Origin: Actinomycetota bacterium
GTDB lineage: Bacteria; Actinomycetota; Actinomycetes; Actinomycetales; Actinomycetaceae
Assembly (NCBI GenBank): GCA_009930425.1
Contig: RZYE01000001.1
Span: 1-63,537, forward strand
Direction: 5' to 3'
Length of the DNA: 63,537 bases
Shown: positions 35,963 to 45,246 of the stretch, piece after piece
How positions within the stretch are numbered: the first letter of the stretch is position 1
Layout: each line of letters opens with the position of its first letter
Position numbers and translations under genes: made by a program
Notes under the pieces: model-generated
Told to the model about the DNA's origin: nothing
The model's database searches: none
The model's input: the letters and a program-made list of their open reading frames with translations, nothing else

Positions 35963-38914
35963 ATGACCGACCAGTTCGAGCTGTTCATCTCCTACTCCCG
36001 CAGGGATGACGAGAACGGATGGGTGAAAGGCCTCCGGGATTTCATCCTCGCGGACCACCGGCGCTTCTCCTCCGAGCCGATGCGGATCTTCCTGGACCGG
36101 TCCGAGATCCACACCATGGATGACTGGCGTCACCGGATCCTCGGCGCGCTGCGCTCGTCGAGCGTGCTCCTCGTCTGCCAGTCGCCTCACTATTACGGGT
36201 CCGCCTACTGCCGGTGGGAGTTCGAGGAGTACCTGCGGATGCAGGCCCGTGTGCCCGTGGGGGGCGACCCGATCGCTGTCGTGTACTTCGTCGAGGTCCC
36301 CGGGGCGGACCCCACGATCGACCAGCGGTGGCGCGAGGAGATCGCCCGCCACCACCACGTCGACCTGCAACCGTGGTTCCCCCGCGGCACGGAGGCGCTC
36401 GAGGACGCCGACGTCGCCACCCGTCTCGCCCGGCTCGGCGAGGACGTCTGGGACCGGCTGTCGCGTACCCGCCGCGCCGCGTCGGTGCGGGGGAATGTGC
36501 GCCGTCCTTCGCCCACGTTCGTGGGCCGCCACGCAGAGGTACGGCGCCTCCACGAGCAGGTGGCGTTGGGGCAGGTGGGCGTGATCACCGCCCTGCACGG
36601 ACTTGGCGGGCTGGGGAAGACCGAGCTGGCAGTGGCCTACGCGCACGCCTACGCGGACCAGTACCGGGGCGGGGCGTGGTCGGTGGCCGCGGAGGGCAAG
36701 ACGGACCTGCTGGCCCTCATCGGGGAGCTCTCGACTGCGCCAGAGCTGGGCTACGCCCGCACGGCCGCGGACGAGGCGGATCTGCGGCTCGCGGGCCGGA
36801 ACGTGCTCGCGCACCTGGAGCGTCTCGCCACGGATGGTGACGGATCCGACGGTGCCCACGCGCTGGTGATCGTGGACAACGTTGACCACCCCCAACTGCT
36901 CGCGGCGCGCCAGGTGGCGGAGTTGCCCAACCGGGACGCGGTGCGGGTGATCGCGACCACGCGCCTGGGCGCGGACCGGCTGGCGGCCCGGGCCTCGCTG
37001 GCGTTCGTGCCGGTGGACGCGCTGACACCCGATGACGCCCTCGAGCTGATCCGATGGCACCAACTCCCGCGCGATCCGGAGGGCCGCCACCCGGATTTCG
37101 TCTCGCAGGAGGAGGAGGCCGCGGCCAAGGAGATCGTGGAGCTGCTGGGAGGCTTCACCCTGGCGGTGGAACAGGTGGCGGTCTTCCTCGGGCTGCATCC
37201 CGAGATCGCGCCCTCCCGCTACCTGGGCTGGTTGCAGTCCGAAGGCCTCGCCCTCCCAGACCACCACAGCTCCGACGACGTGCGGGAAGCGTTGCTGCAC
37301 CAGCAGGGCCTGCTGTCCGTGGTCCTGTCCTCCACCCTCGACGCGCTCGCCGCGCCAGACCGGTTCGCACTGCACGCCGCCGCGCACCTTCCCGCGGACG
37401 AGGTGCCATGGCCGTGGCTGGAGGCGCTCACCCGCGCACGGTTCCCAGAACTGGCCGCGGCTGCGGAGGGCCCGGACCCGTGGCTGGGCATACGCCGCCG
37501 GCTGGAGGGCCTGCGGTTCCTGACCCCGGGCGAGCACCCGGCGACCGCCCGGATGCACCGGATGGTGGCCGCCCACCTGCGCGCCACAGGGGGCGACGGC
37601 GCTGCCGAGGGCGCCGTGATCAGTCACCTCGCCGCGCGAGCACAGGCGTTGTCCCAACAAGGAACCATCGAGGCGTGGGAACCTGCCGCGCTCGCTCACG
37701 CGACCGTACTCCTCACCGCAGCCCACCCGGAACTCGCACGACCGGTCGGGAACTCGCTCCGACGGTTGGCCGGCTACGTCGTCGATGGTTCAGTGGAGAC
37801 CCTCGCTCACGACCACCTCGCGCACTTCCGGAGCATGGCCGAGGCAATGCCCGGCAGCAGGGAGGCCGCCCGCGACTTGTCCGTCTCCCTGAGCAACGTC
37901 GCCTACCTGACCCAACCCACCGACCCGGCCGCCGCACTGGCCCTGTACACCGAGTCCTTGACGATCACCCGGGAACTGGCCAAGGCAATGCCCGGCAGCA
38001 GGGAGGCCGCCCGCGACGTGTCCGTCTCCCTGAGCAACGTCGCCTACCTGACCCAACCCACCGACCCGGCCGCCGCACTGGCCCTGTACACCGAGTCCTT
38101 GACGATCACCCAGGAACTGGCCAAGGCAATGCCCGGCAGCAGGGAGGCCGCCCGCGACGTCTCCATCTCCCTCAACAACGTCGCTCGCCTCACCCGGCAC
38201 ACCGACGCCATCAGAGCGCTGGCCGCGCAACAAGAGTCCCTTGTCATCCTTAGAGGGCTGACAGAGGCGATGCCCGGTGACTCGGACCTCGCCCGCAACA
38301 TCTCCGTCTCCCTCGACAACGTCGCGGACCTGACCCAGCGCACCGACCCGGCTGCCGCCCTGGCCCTCTACCAAGAATCCCTCACCATACGCCGAGGCCT
38401 TGCGCAGGCCATGCCCGGCAACCTGGACCTCGCCCGAGACATCTCCGTCTCCCTCGACAACGTCGCAGACCTGACACAACGCACCGACCCGGCCGCCGCC
38501 CTGACCCTCTACCAGGAATCCCTCACCATCGCCCGGCGCCTGGCCGAGGCCACGCCCGGCAATCTGGATGCCGCCCGGGACGTGTCCGTCTCCCTGGACA
38601 GGGTCGCGGACCTAACCCAACGCACCGACCCGGCCACCGCCCTGACCCTCTACCAGGAATCCCTCACCATCGCCCGGCGCCTGGCCGAGGCCACGCCCGG
38701 CAACCTTGAGGCCCACAGCGATCTGGTGGTGAACCTGTTGAAGGTCGCCGCCCTCATCGAGGAAACCGCTGGCTCCACCGGCAGCTCGCCGCGCTCGGCG
38801 GTCCCACTCTGGACGGAAGCCTGTGCCCTCATGCGTGGCCTCGAGGCCCGTGGCCACCTTCCAGCAGGATGGGACAGATTCCTCCAGATCGCATGTGAGA
38901 AGGCCGACCGATGA
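35963..38914 (+). CDS. TIR - NB-ARC (STAND NTPase) - TPR-like repeat protein
   Basis: FELFISYSRRDDENGW...VLLVCQSPHYYGSAYCRWEFEEY is the TIR domain. FVGRHAEVRRL...ALHGLGGLGKTELAVAYAH is the P-loop (from about 36601). ALVIVDNVD is the Walker B and RVIATTRL is present. The C-terminus has about 6.5 copies of a 47-aa repeat. Confidence 0.9.
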   Translation: MTDQFELFISYSRRDDENGWVKGLRDFILADHRRFSSEPMRIFLDRSEIHTMDDWRHRILGALRSSSVLLVCQSPHYYGSAYCRWEFEEYLRMQARVPVGGDPIAVVYFVEVPGADPTIDQRWREEIARHHHVDLQPWFPRGTEALEDADVATRLARLGEDVWDRLSRTRRAASVRGNVRRPSPTFVGRHAEVRRLHEQVALGQVGVITALHGLGGLGKTELAVAYAHAYADQYRGGAWSVAAEGKTDLLALIGELSTAPELGYARTAADEADLRLAGRNVLAHLERLATDGDGSDGAHALVIVDNVDHPQLLAARQVAELPNRDAVRVIATTRLGADRLAARASLAFVPVDALTPDDALELIRWHQLPRDPEGRHPDFVSQEEEAAAKEIVELLGGFTLAVEQVAVFLGLHPEIAPSRYLGWLQSEGLALPDHHSSDDVREALLHQQGLLSVVLSSTLDALAAPDRFALHAAAHLPADEVPWPWLEALTRARFPELAAAAEGPDPWLGIRRRLEGLRFLTPGEHPATARMHRMVAAHLRATGGDGAAEGAVISHLAARAQALSQQGTIEAWEPAALAHATVLLTAAHPELARPVGNSLRRLAGYVVDGSVETLAHDHLAHFRSMAEAMPGSREAARDLSVSLSNVAYLTQPTDPAAALALYTESLTITRELAKAMPGSREAARDVSVSLSNVAYLTQPTDPAAALALYTESLTITQELAKAMPGSREAARDVSISLNNVARLTRHTDAIRALAAQQESLVILRGLTEAMPGDSDLARNISVSLDNVADLTQRTDPAAALALYQESLTIRRGLAQAMPGNLDLARDISVSLDNVADLTQRTDPAAALTLYQESLTIARRLAEATPGNLDAARDVSVSLDRVADLTQRTDPATALTLYQESLTIARRLAEATPGNLEAHSDLVVNLLKVAALIEETAGSTGSSPRSAVPLWTEACALMRGLEARGHLPAGWDRFLQIACEKADR
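37847..38692 (+). repeat. Six in-frame tandem 141-nt repeats (47-aa TPR-like units); copies 1-2 are nearly identical
   Basis: Units start at 37847, 37988, 38129, 38270, 38411 and 38552, with a partial seventh at 38693. Units 1 and 2 (MPGSREAARD[L/V]SVSLSNVAYLTQPTDPAAALALYTESLTIT[R/Q]ELAKA) differ at only a few nucleotides. Units 5 and 6 are also very similar. Confidence 0.9.
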
Positions 38915-39864
38915 CAACCGCGCACAACGCGCACGAGGGTGAACGCCTCGCGGACGAGGCGACTCGATCCTTGGCCTTCCGCGATCCCAACGACCTCCCA
39001 CTCCTCTACCGCTGCGCCGACACGTCGTCGATGCTCACCCAACGGCGGTTCTTCCGAGCCCTCCGGTTGCGGCTGGCAGGCTTGCTTGGCGCAGTCGTGG
39101 GTGCCGCTCTCACCTCGTTGACGGTGGCCGGCGTCAACGTCGGCGGGCTGATCGCCCTCGCCTCGTTCGCCGTCGCGCTCGCAGCGGAACTGTACGTGGC
39201 GATCATGCGCCCGGAGCGCGCCTGGTACGAGGGCCGTGCCGCCGCGGAGTCCGCGAAGACGCTGGCGTGGCGCTACATGGTGCGTGGGGAGTCGTTCGAG
39301 GACATCGACGATCCCCGAGCCGATCGCCTGTTCACCTCCGAACTCAGGGAGATCCTGCGGTGCATGGACCTCACGCTGGATGCCGCCGATTCCCGCGGCG
39401 CGCAGATCACCGACGCCATGCGGGCGGTCCGGGGCGCCGACTTCCCCACGAGGCGCACCCTCTACCTGGAGCAGCGCATCGAGGACCAGAAGGCCTGGTA
39501 CAGCCGCAAGGAGAAGTTCAACGCGACCCGCGGCCACCAGTGGCTGGTCGCCACGATCACGCTCGAGATCCTCGGCCTGCTCGGCGGCGCCGTGTGGGCG
39601 TTCGGCAGCGTCTCGTTCGACTTCATCGGCGTGTTCGCGGCCCTCGCTGCCACCATCACCGCGTGGTCCCAGGCGAAGCAGCACCAGACCCTCGCCACGG
39701 CCTACGGGATCACGGCCCAGGAACTCGGGATGGTGCTGACGGAGGCTGAGAGCGTGACGAGTGAGGCCGACTGGGCGACATTCGTCGGCGAGTCCGAGGA
39801 GGCCATCTCGCGGGAGCACACGCTCTGGCGGGCCTCCCGGGGAATCCGGCCCCGGCCCGCGTGA
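38911..39864 (+). CDS. SLATT/DUF4231-like membrane protein (two 2-TM modules)
   Basis: ATGA overlap with the upstream stop. TM helices are LRLAGLLGAVVGAALTSL / GGLIALASFAVALAAELYVAI and WLVATITLEILGLLGGAVWAF / FIGVFAALAATITAW. The motifs AWYEGRAAAESAKTLAWRYM and QKAWYSRKEKF are typical of SLATT-type modules. Confidence 0.6.
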   Translation: MTTAHNAHEGERLADEATRSLAFRDPNDLPLLYRCADTSSMLTQRRFFRALRLRLAGLLGAVVGAALTSLTVAGVNVGGLIALASFAVALAAELYVAIMRPERAWYEGRAAAESAKTLAWRYMVRGESFEDIDDPRADRLFTSELREILRCMDLTLDAADSRGAQITDAMRAVRGADFPTRRTLYLEQRIEDQKAWYSRKEKFNATRGHQWLVATITLEILGLLGGAVWAFGSVSFDFIGVFAALAATITAWSQAKQHQTLATAYGITAQELGMVLTEAESVTSEADWATFVGESEEAISREHTLWRASRGIRPRPA

Positions 39865-39943
39865 CGGGACCCCGGAAGCACTCAGCCAAGATCGCCGCCC
39901 TGAGACAATCCGGTTGAGGTGCAGCACCAACCTGGAGACTCAC

Positions 39944-42900
39944 GTGATCGACGGTCGCTACGAACTGTTCATCTCCTACTCACGCAAGGACGACGCGAAC
40001 GGCTGGGTCACCGGCCTGCGTGACCAGATCCTCACGGATCACCGCCGGCTCGCCTCGGACCCGATGCGGATCTTCCTGGACCTCGAGGAGATCCGTGACA
40101 TGGACGACTGGCGCCACCGCGTCCTCGGCGCCCTCCGATCGTCGAGCGTGCTCCTCATCTGCCAGTCGCCGGACTACTACCGCTCACCCCACTGCAAGTG
40201 GGAGTTCGAGGAGTACCTGCGCAGGAAGGTGCCGGTGCGGCTGGGTGGTGATCCGATCGCCGTCGTGTACTTCGTCGAGGTCCCGGGGACGGACCCGGAC
40301 CTCGACGAGCGCTGGCGTGACGAGGTGACCCGTCACCAGCACACCGACCTTGCGCCGTGGTTCCCCGCCGGCGCCCGGGCTCTCCAGGACGCCGAGGTCG
40401 CCGCCCGAATCGCACGTCTGGGTGACCAACTGTGGGAACGCGTGGGACGGGCACGACGAGCGGAGACGGTACGCGGCAACGTGCGCCGCCCGTCGACGAC
40501 GTTCGTGGGCCGCCACGAGGAGTTGCGCCGCGTCCACGAACAGGTCGCGCTGAGCGAGGTGGGGGCGGTCACCGTCCTGCACGGGCTGGGAGGACTCGGG
40601 AAGACCGAACTCTCCGTGGCGTACGCGCACGTGTTCGCCGACCACTACCGGGGCGGCGCATGGACCGTCTCGGCCGAGGGCAGGACGGATCTCCTCGCGC
40701 TGATCGGCGAGCTCGCCAACGCCCCGGAGCTGCACTATGTCCGGACCGAGGCCGAACAAGCCGATCCGCGTCTCGCGGGACGCGGAGTGCTGGAGCAGTT
40801 GGTCCAGTCGGCCACCGCCCCTGATCCGGTCGACTCCTGGACGAGCGGCGGGCGCCACGCGCTCCTGATCCTGGACAACGTGGACAAGGCAGCGCTGCTG
40901 TCGAAGAGGCAACTCGCCGAGCTGCCCGCCGGTGACGCCGTGCGGGTCCTGGTGACGACACGGCTGGGGCCCAACCAGCTGCGCAACCGGACGACGATGA
41001 CCTTCGTCCCCATCGATTCCCTCGCCCCGGACGACGCCCTCGAGCTGATTCGCTCGCACCAGCCTCCCAGGGACCCCGAGGGCGGGCGTCCTGACTTCAC
41101 CTCTCCAGCCGAGGAGGCGGCAGCCCGGATGATCGTGAAGTTGCTCGGTGGATTCACCGTTGCCGTGGAACAGGTGGCCGTCCACCTGGGCCTGAACCCC
41201 GATGTGTCACCCTCCCGGTACCTGGCGCAGTTGCAGCGAGAGGGACTCGCCGTGCCGGACCCGAACAGCGCCACGGGAGTGCGTGAGGAGATGCACCACG
41301 ACGGGCTCGCCGTCGTCCTGGACTCCACGATGGCCGGGCTCGACCCGCCAAGCCAGTTCGTGATGTGCGCCGCCTCGCTCCTCCCTCCCGACGGCGTACC
41401 CTGGCCCTGGCTCCGCGACCTCGCCGTGGCCGCGTTCCCCCATCTCGCTGCAGACGACGACGCCGGCCCGGACCCGTGGCTGCGGGTGCGGCGGACCCTC
41501 GAAGGGCTGCGACTGCTGACCCCGGCGGACTCGCCAGAGATCGCATGCATCCACCGACTCGTGGCCGCGCATCTGCGCCGGGCGGATGCGAGCTCGATTG
41601 CCTCCGACGCAGTGGCGAGTCACCTCGTCGACCGGGGATGGGAGATCTCGGCGGGCCGCATCGCGGGGGCCTGGGAGTGCACGGCCTTCACCCACGCCGC
41701 TCTCGCGCTGCTGGACGAGTTTCCGGAGATCACGAGGCCCGCGCGGCACGCGGTATCGAACCTCGCGCGCTACGTGACCGACAGTTCCGTCCGGACGCTC
41801 GCGGAACGGCTCCTGGACCGTGCCCGCGGGGAGGCTGCTGCCCGGCCGGGTGATCCTGACGCCGTCCGAGGGCTCGCCGTCGCGCTCGACAAGCTGGGGA
41901 ACGTGCTGCGACGGATCGATCCGGACGCAGCACTCGGCCTCTACGCGGAGGCCCTCGAGATCGCCCGAGAGTTCCACGCGTTCACGAACGAGAGCCCCTG
42001 GGCGGCAAAGGATCTCGCCGTCTCCCTGGACAAGACGGGCAGCCTCCTCCGGCGCAGTGATCCTGCCGCGGCACTTGCCCTGCACGAGGAGTGCCTCGCC
42101 ATCTCGAGGTCACTGGCCGACTCCAACCCCGGCGATCCCCAGGCTGCTCGCGACCTCTCGATCGCCCTGATCAAGGTGGGAGACCTGACGCGACATGCTG
42201 ACGCCGTCGGCGCCCTCACGCTGTACGAGGAGGCGTTGGACCTCGCGCGCACCATCGCACGCGCCGAACTGGGCAGCCACGAGGCAGACCGCCACCTCTC
42301 GGTGGCCCTCAACAAGACCGGAAGCGTGATGCGGCAGTTCGACGCCGAGTCTGCCGCCGAGCTGTACGGCGAGTCCCTCGCCCTCTCCCGGCGTCTCGCC
42401 TTGGCCCGGCCCGGCAGCCGCGAGGCGGAACGCGACCTCTCCATCGCCTTGGACCGCGTGGCGAGCGTGAGCATCGATCCTGTCGAGGCCCTGGCACTCC
42501 TCCGGGAATCGCTCGCGATCCGCCGCAAGCTGGTCGAGTCCATGCCCCATGACCTCGAGGCGGCTCGAGACCTCTCCGTGTCCCTCGACCTCGTTGCCAA
42601 CGCAATCCGGGATGACGATCCCGGCGCAGCATCCGCGCTGGACCGGGAAGCTCAGTCCATCCGGCAGCGGTTGGCCTCGGCGCTTCCGGCTCCACCCCGA
42701 CCCCAACAGGACCGGGGCCGGCGCGGTCCGAGCCCAAGTCCGTACGGTGGCCTCTCTAACGACGTCTTCCTGACCCGGCCACCGGCCTTCATGGAGCCGC
42801 GGCCCCGGCTCCCGGAGCGCGCGCCACAGCCCGCTGAGAGGTCCTCATCGGCACCCACCGCGGAGCAGTTGAGCCTCGCGGCGAACCTGATCGGCACTGC

Positions 42901-43066
42901 GTCGCGCGCCGACGCCCAGGACGCTTCGGATTCCTCAGCAACCGGGACGATCGAGAGCCTCTGGAGTGGGGCATGCTCCATCCTCCGTGACCTCGACGAG
43001 CGCGGGCAGTTGCCACCGAGCATGCAGCCGCTCCTCGATCTGGCCCTCGAGAAGGCTGGTCATTGA
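39944..43066 (+). CDS. TIR - NB-ARC (STAND NTPase) - TPR-like repeat protein, paralogue of 35963..38914
   Basis: GTG start inside track ORF 39761..43066. YELFISYSRKDDANGW...CKWEFEEY is the TIR domain. VLHGLGGLGKTELSVAYAH is the P-loop, with LLILDNVD and RVLVTTRL. It has diverged 47-aa repeats (AARDLSIALIKVGDL...) and a Pro-rich, low-complexity tail. Confidence 0.9.
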   Translation: MIDGRYELFISYSRKDDANGWVTGLRDQILTDHRRLASDPMRIFLDLEEIRDMDDWRHRVLGALRSSSVLLICQSPDYYRSPHCKWEFEEYLRRKVPVRLGGDPIAVVYFVEVPGTDPDLDERWRDEVTRHQHTDLAPWFPAGARALQDAEVAARIARLGDQLWERVGRARRAETVRGNVRRPSTTFVGRHEELRRVHEQVALSEVGAVTVLHGLGGLGKTELSVAYAHVFADHYRGGAWTVSAEGRTDLLALIGELANAPELHYVRTEAEQADPRLAGRGVLEQLVQSATAPDPVDSWTSGGRHALLILDNVDKAALLSKRQLAELPAGDAVRVLVTTRLGPNQLRNRTTMTFVPIDSLAPDDALELIRSHQPPRDPEGGRPDFTSPAEEAAARMIVKLLGGFTVAVEQVAVHLGLNPDVSPSRYLAQLQREGLAVPDPNSATGVREEMHHDGLAVVLDSTMAGLDPPSQFVMCAASLLPPDGVPWPWLRDLAVAAFPHLAADDDAGPDPWLRVRRTLEGLRLLTPADSPEIACIHRLVAAHLRRADASSIASDAVASHLVDRGWEISAGRIAGAWECTAFTHAALALLDEFPEITRPARHAVSNLARYVTDSSVRTLAERLLDRARGEAAARPGDPDAVRGLAVALDKLGNVLRRIDPDAALGLYAEALEIAREFHAFTNESPWAAKDLAVSLDKTGSLLRRSDPAAALALHEECLAISRSLADSNPGDPQAARDLSIALIKVGDLTRHADAVGALTLYEEALDLARTIARAELGSHEADRHLSVALNKTGSVMRQFDAESAAELYGESLALSRRLALARPGSREAERDLSIALDRVASVSIDPVEALALLRESLAIRRKLVESMPHDLEAARDLSVSLDLVANAIRDDDPGAASALDREAQSIRQRLASALPAPPRPQQDRGRRGPSPSPYGGLSNDVFLTRPPAFMEPRPRLPERAPQPAERSSSAPTAEQLSLAANLIGTASRADAQDASDSSATGTIESLWSGACSILRDLDERGQLPPSMQPLLDLALEKAGH

Positions 43067-43140
43067 TGTGATGCTTTCGGAGCTCGAGGACCGCCGACGC
43101 CCCCGTTTGGGGGACATGCGGAGTAGCTCGACTGGTTGGG

Positions 43141-45246
43141 TCAGGCAAGCCCGCCATCGAGGCCGACCTGAAGCCGCTGCTCCAGAATCGCCACACGATC
43201 CTCGAAGGAAGCAAACGCCAATTCTGTGCTCAGCGAAAGCACTTCACCGTCCCGGGTGACAACCATCACCTCGGTCTCATCGGGGTTGAAGGCCGCGCCC
43301 CTGATCTCGCTGCCGGTCGGAGAGGTGATCAGTCGGGTCGAGTAGAGCGCAGTGTCGAAGAACCACAACTCCCCGCTTGCCCAGCCTGTCACGAGCACCG
43401 AGTCATCCAAACTCCACGTTGCGGTGCGCACATACGCGAGCTCGCGATCACCGACGGCAAAGATGCGACTGGTCGGCAGTGACGCCGCAGGATCCCGCAG
43501 GAGAGTCGCGCATCCGTAGTAGCCCTGACCGCCTACAAAGAAGCTTCCGTCATCGTGCGAAGACGCCAGCGTTGTGGTGCCAGTCGCACAAACCGAGACC
43601 CCCGTATTGACCCACTCCGGTTCCCCGGAGTCCGGAACGCGCAGTATCGACATCCCGGGAGCGACGGCCAGTATCGATCCGTCCTCGCGGCGCGCCACTG
43701 TGTCCATCCAGAAGGGGAGGACGATCGCCCGCGACCTTCCGGTGTCGAGATCGAATGTCCGGAGCGTGGAGTCACGACAAGGAAAGACCACGGTGGCGTC
43801 CTCGCCGGGGACGATCGACATGGGCATGCAGTCCTCGACAGGCCACGACCGCTCCAAGGTTCCGTCCAGCCCGACCACCGAGAGCGTACCGGCCCCGTTC
43901 TCGTCCACTCCGCCAACCACCCAATGCTCGTGCGCCCAGGCGACCTCATAGGCGTGGGCCACGCCAGGCAAGGGTTGCGGCGCCTCGACGTCTCTGCCCA
44001 CGATCAGGGTGTAAGTCCCCTCACGGCCCACGGCGAGGACACGTGAGCCGTCCGGGCTGGCGGCGAGGTCCATGTACCACGAACCGGTCAGGGCGAGGGG
44101 TTCGCCCTCGAGACGCCATCGAGCGGTGATCGCGCCGGCTGTGGCCTCGACAGTACTCGCGTCCGCCCATCGCAGGGAGTCGACAGCGCCGTCCAGGCCA
44201 CGCAACACCGTGATCGTGGTCCCTTGCGGGAGCCGGATCACCGAGACGCCCCCAGAGTCCGCGACGGCGAGACGGTCGCCGTCAACGGACACGGCGAGCG
44301 CAGTTACCGCCCCGCGAGCACGGATCGTAGTGAGACCTGCCGCGTCGCTGACCCGCACGGCGTGCGTGACGGCGTCATAGGACGCGGCAATTGACCCCTG
44401 CGAGATCTGGGCACCGTCAGGCAAGGGCTCAGCTGGCCGCGGTGGACTGCCGACAGGGTTGTCGATCGAGAAGGGCAGGTTCGTCTCCAGTCCCAACCTG
44501 AGCGCTTCCGCCATAGCCCAGGAACTGCCACGTTCCCGCGCGCTTGCGATGATCTCCTCCAGAGCCGGGTAAGGATCGCGAGCAAGATCGCCCATGACCG
44601 CGGACGGCACCGCCAACTCAGCAGCTCGCTCCTGGTCATGGACGTCCAGCTCATCCTGCAAGTCTCGCCCCACGTCGAATCCGACGTAGAGAAGCCACGT
44701 GAAGAGAGCAGCGATACCTCGCCGCAACCGAACCCGATTCGTGGCTCGCCTGCCCTGGAGGACGAAGTCCTTGGCAAGATCATCCAGCCCCGTGCCCTCC
44801 TGCGCGAGCGCACGGTAGACGCGCAGCACGCGCCCGGTCGGGAGGTGATGTCGCTGTCTCCCGGCGGACTGCCACCTGAAGCTGTCCCCAAGCAGTTGCG
44901 CGCGCATCATCTCGGCAGCGGTCAGCTGCTCATAGCGGTGCCGAATCCTCTCCTGCCAGTCATCCGGGGTCGTGGAATCGAGGTAGACGATTTCCTTGCC
45001 GAGCTCGCGCGCAAGCTGGAATTCCTTCTGACAGTTCGGGGACCCACGCCATGCTGGCGAGTCGACCACCAGCACGAGTTCGGCCTGTCTCACCGCCTTG
45101 GTGATCTCGTCGAACCACGGGACGGAGACTGGGATGGACGTCTGGTCGAGCCAAGGATCCAGGCCGACAGAACGAAGCCAATCGACTAGCGGAACAGCGA
45201 GTTCATGGTCGGTGCGCGAGTATGAGATGAAGACCGGGTTGGACAT
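43141..45246 (-). CDS. TIR domain - TM - beta-propeller receptor-like membrane protein
   Basis: VFISYSRTDHELAVPLVDWLRSVGLDPWLDQ...LVLVVDSPAWRGSPNCQKEF is the TIR domain. The TM region is RRATNRVRLRRGIAALFTWLLYVGF. Propeller repeats include AVSVDGDRLAVADSGGVSVIRL and ASPDGSRVLAVGREGTYTLI. The start overlaps the upstream stop (TGATG). Confidence 0.85.
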   Translation of the reverse strand: MSNPVFISYSRTDHELAVPLVDWLRSVGLDPWLDQTSIPVSVPWFDEITKAVRQAELVLVVDSPAWRGSPNCQKEFQLARELGKEIVYLDSTTPDDWQERIRHRYEQLTAAEMMRAQLLGDSFRWQSAGRQRHHLPTGRVLRVYRALAQEGTGLDDLAKDFVLQGRRATNRVRLRRGIAALFTWLLYVGFDVGRDLQDELDVHDQERAAELAVPSAVMGDLARDPYPALEEIIASARERGSSWAMAEALRLGLETNLPFSIDNPVGSPPRPAEPLPDGAQISQGSIAASYDAVTHAVRVSDAAGLTTIRARGAVTALAVSVDGDRLAVADSGGVSVIRLPQGTTITVLRGLDGAVDSLRWADASTVEATAGAITARWRLEGEPLALTGSWYMDLAASPDGSRVLAVGREGTYTLIVGRDVEAPQPLPGVAHAYEVAWAHEHWVVGGVDENGAGTLSVVGLDGTLERSWPVEDCMPMSIVPGEDATVVFPCRDSTLRTFDLDTGRSRAIVLPFWMDTVARREDGSILAVAPGMSILRVPDSGEPEWVNTGVSVCATGTTTLASSHDDGSFFVGGQGYYGCATLLRDPAASLPTSRIFAVGDRELAYVRTATWSLDDSVLVTGWASGELWFFDTALYSTRLITSPTGSEIRGAAFNPDETEVMVVTRDGEVLSLSTELAFASFEDRVAILEQRLQVGLDGGLA

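Noticed and set aside
37847-38692. CRISPR array or IS-derived repeat
   Set aside because: The units are contiguous without spacers, in frame, and encode TPR-like helices within a STAND gene.
43100-43113. Hairpin CCCCC-GTTT-GGGGG between the convergent genes 39944..43066 and 43141..45246, as a bidirectional terminator
   Set aside because: The stem is only 5 bp and there is no U-tract, so it is too weak to call.
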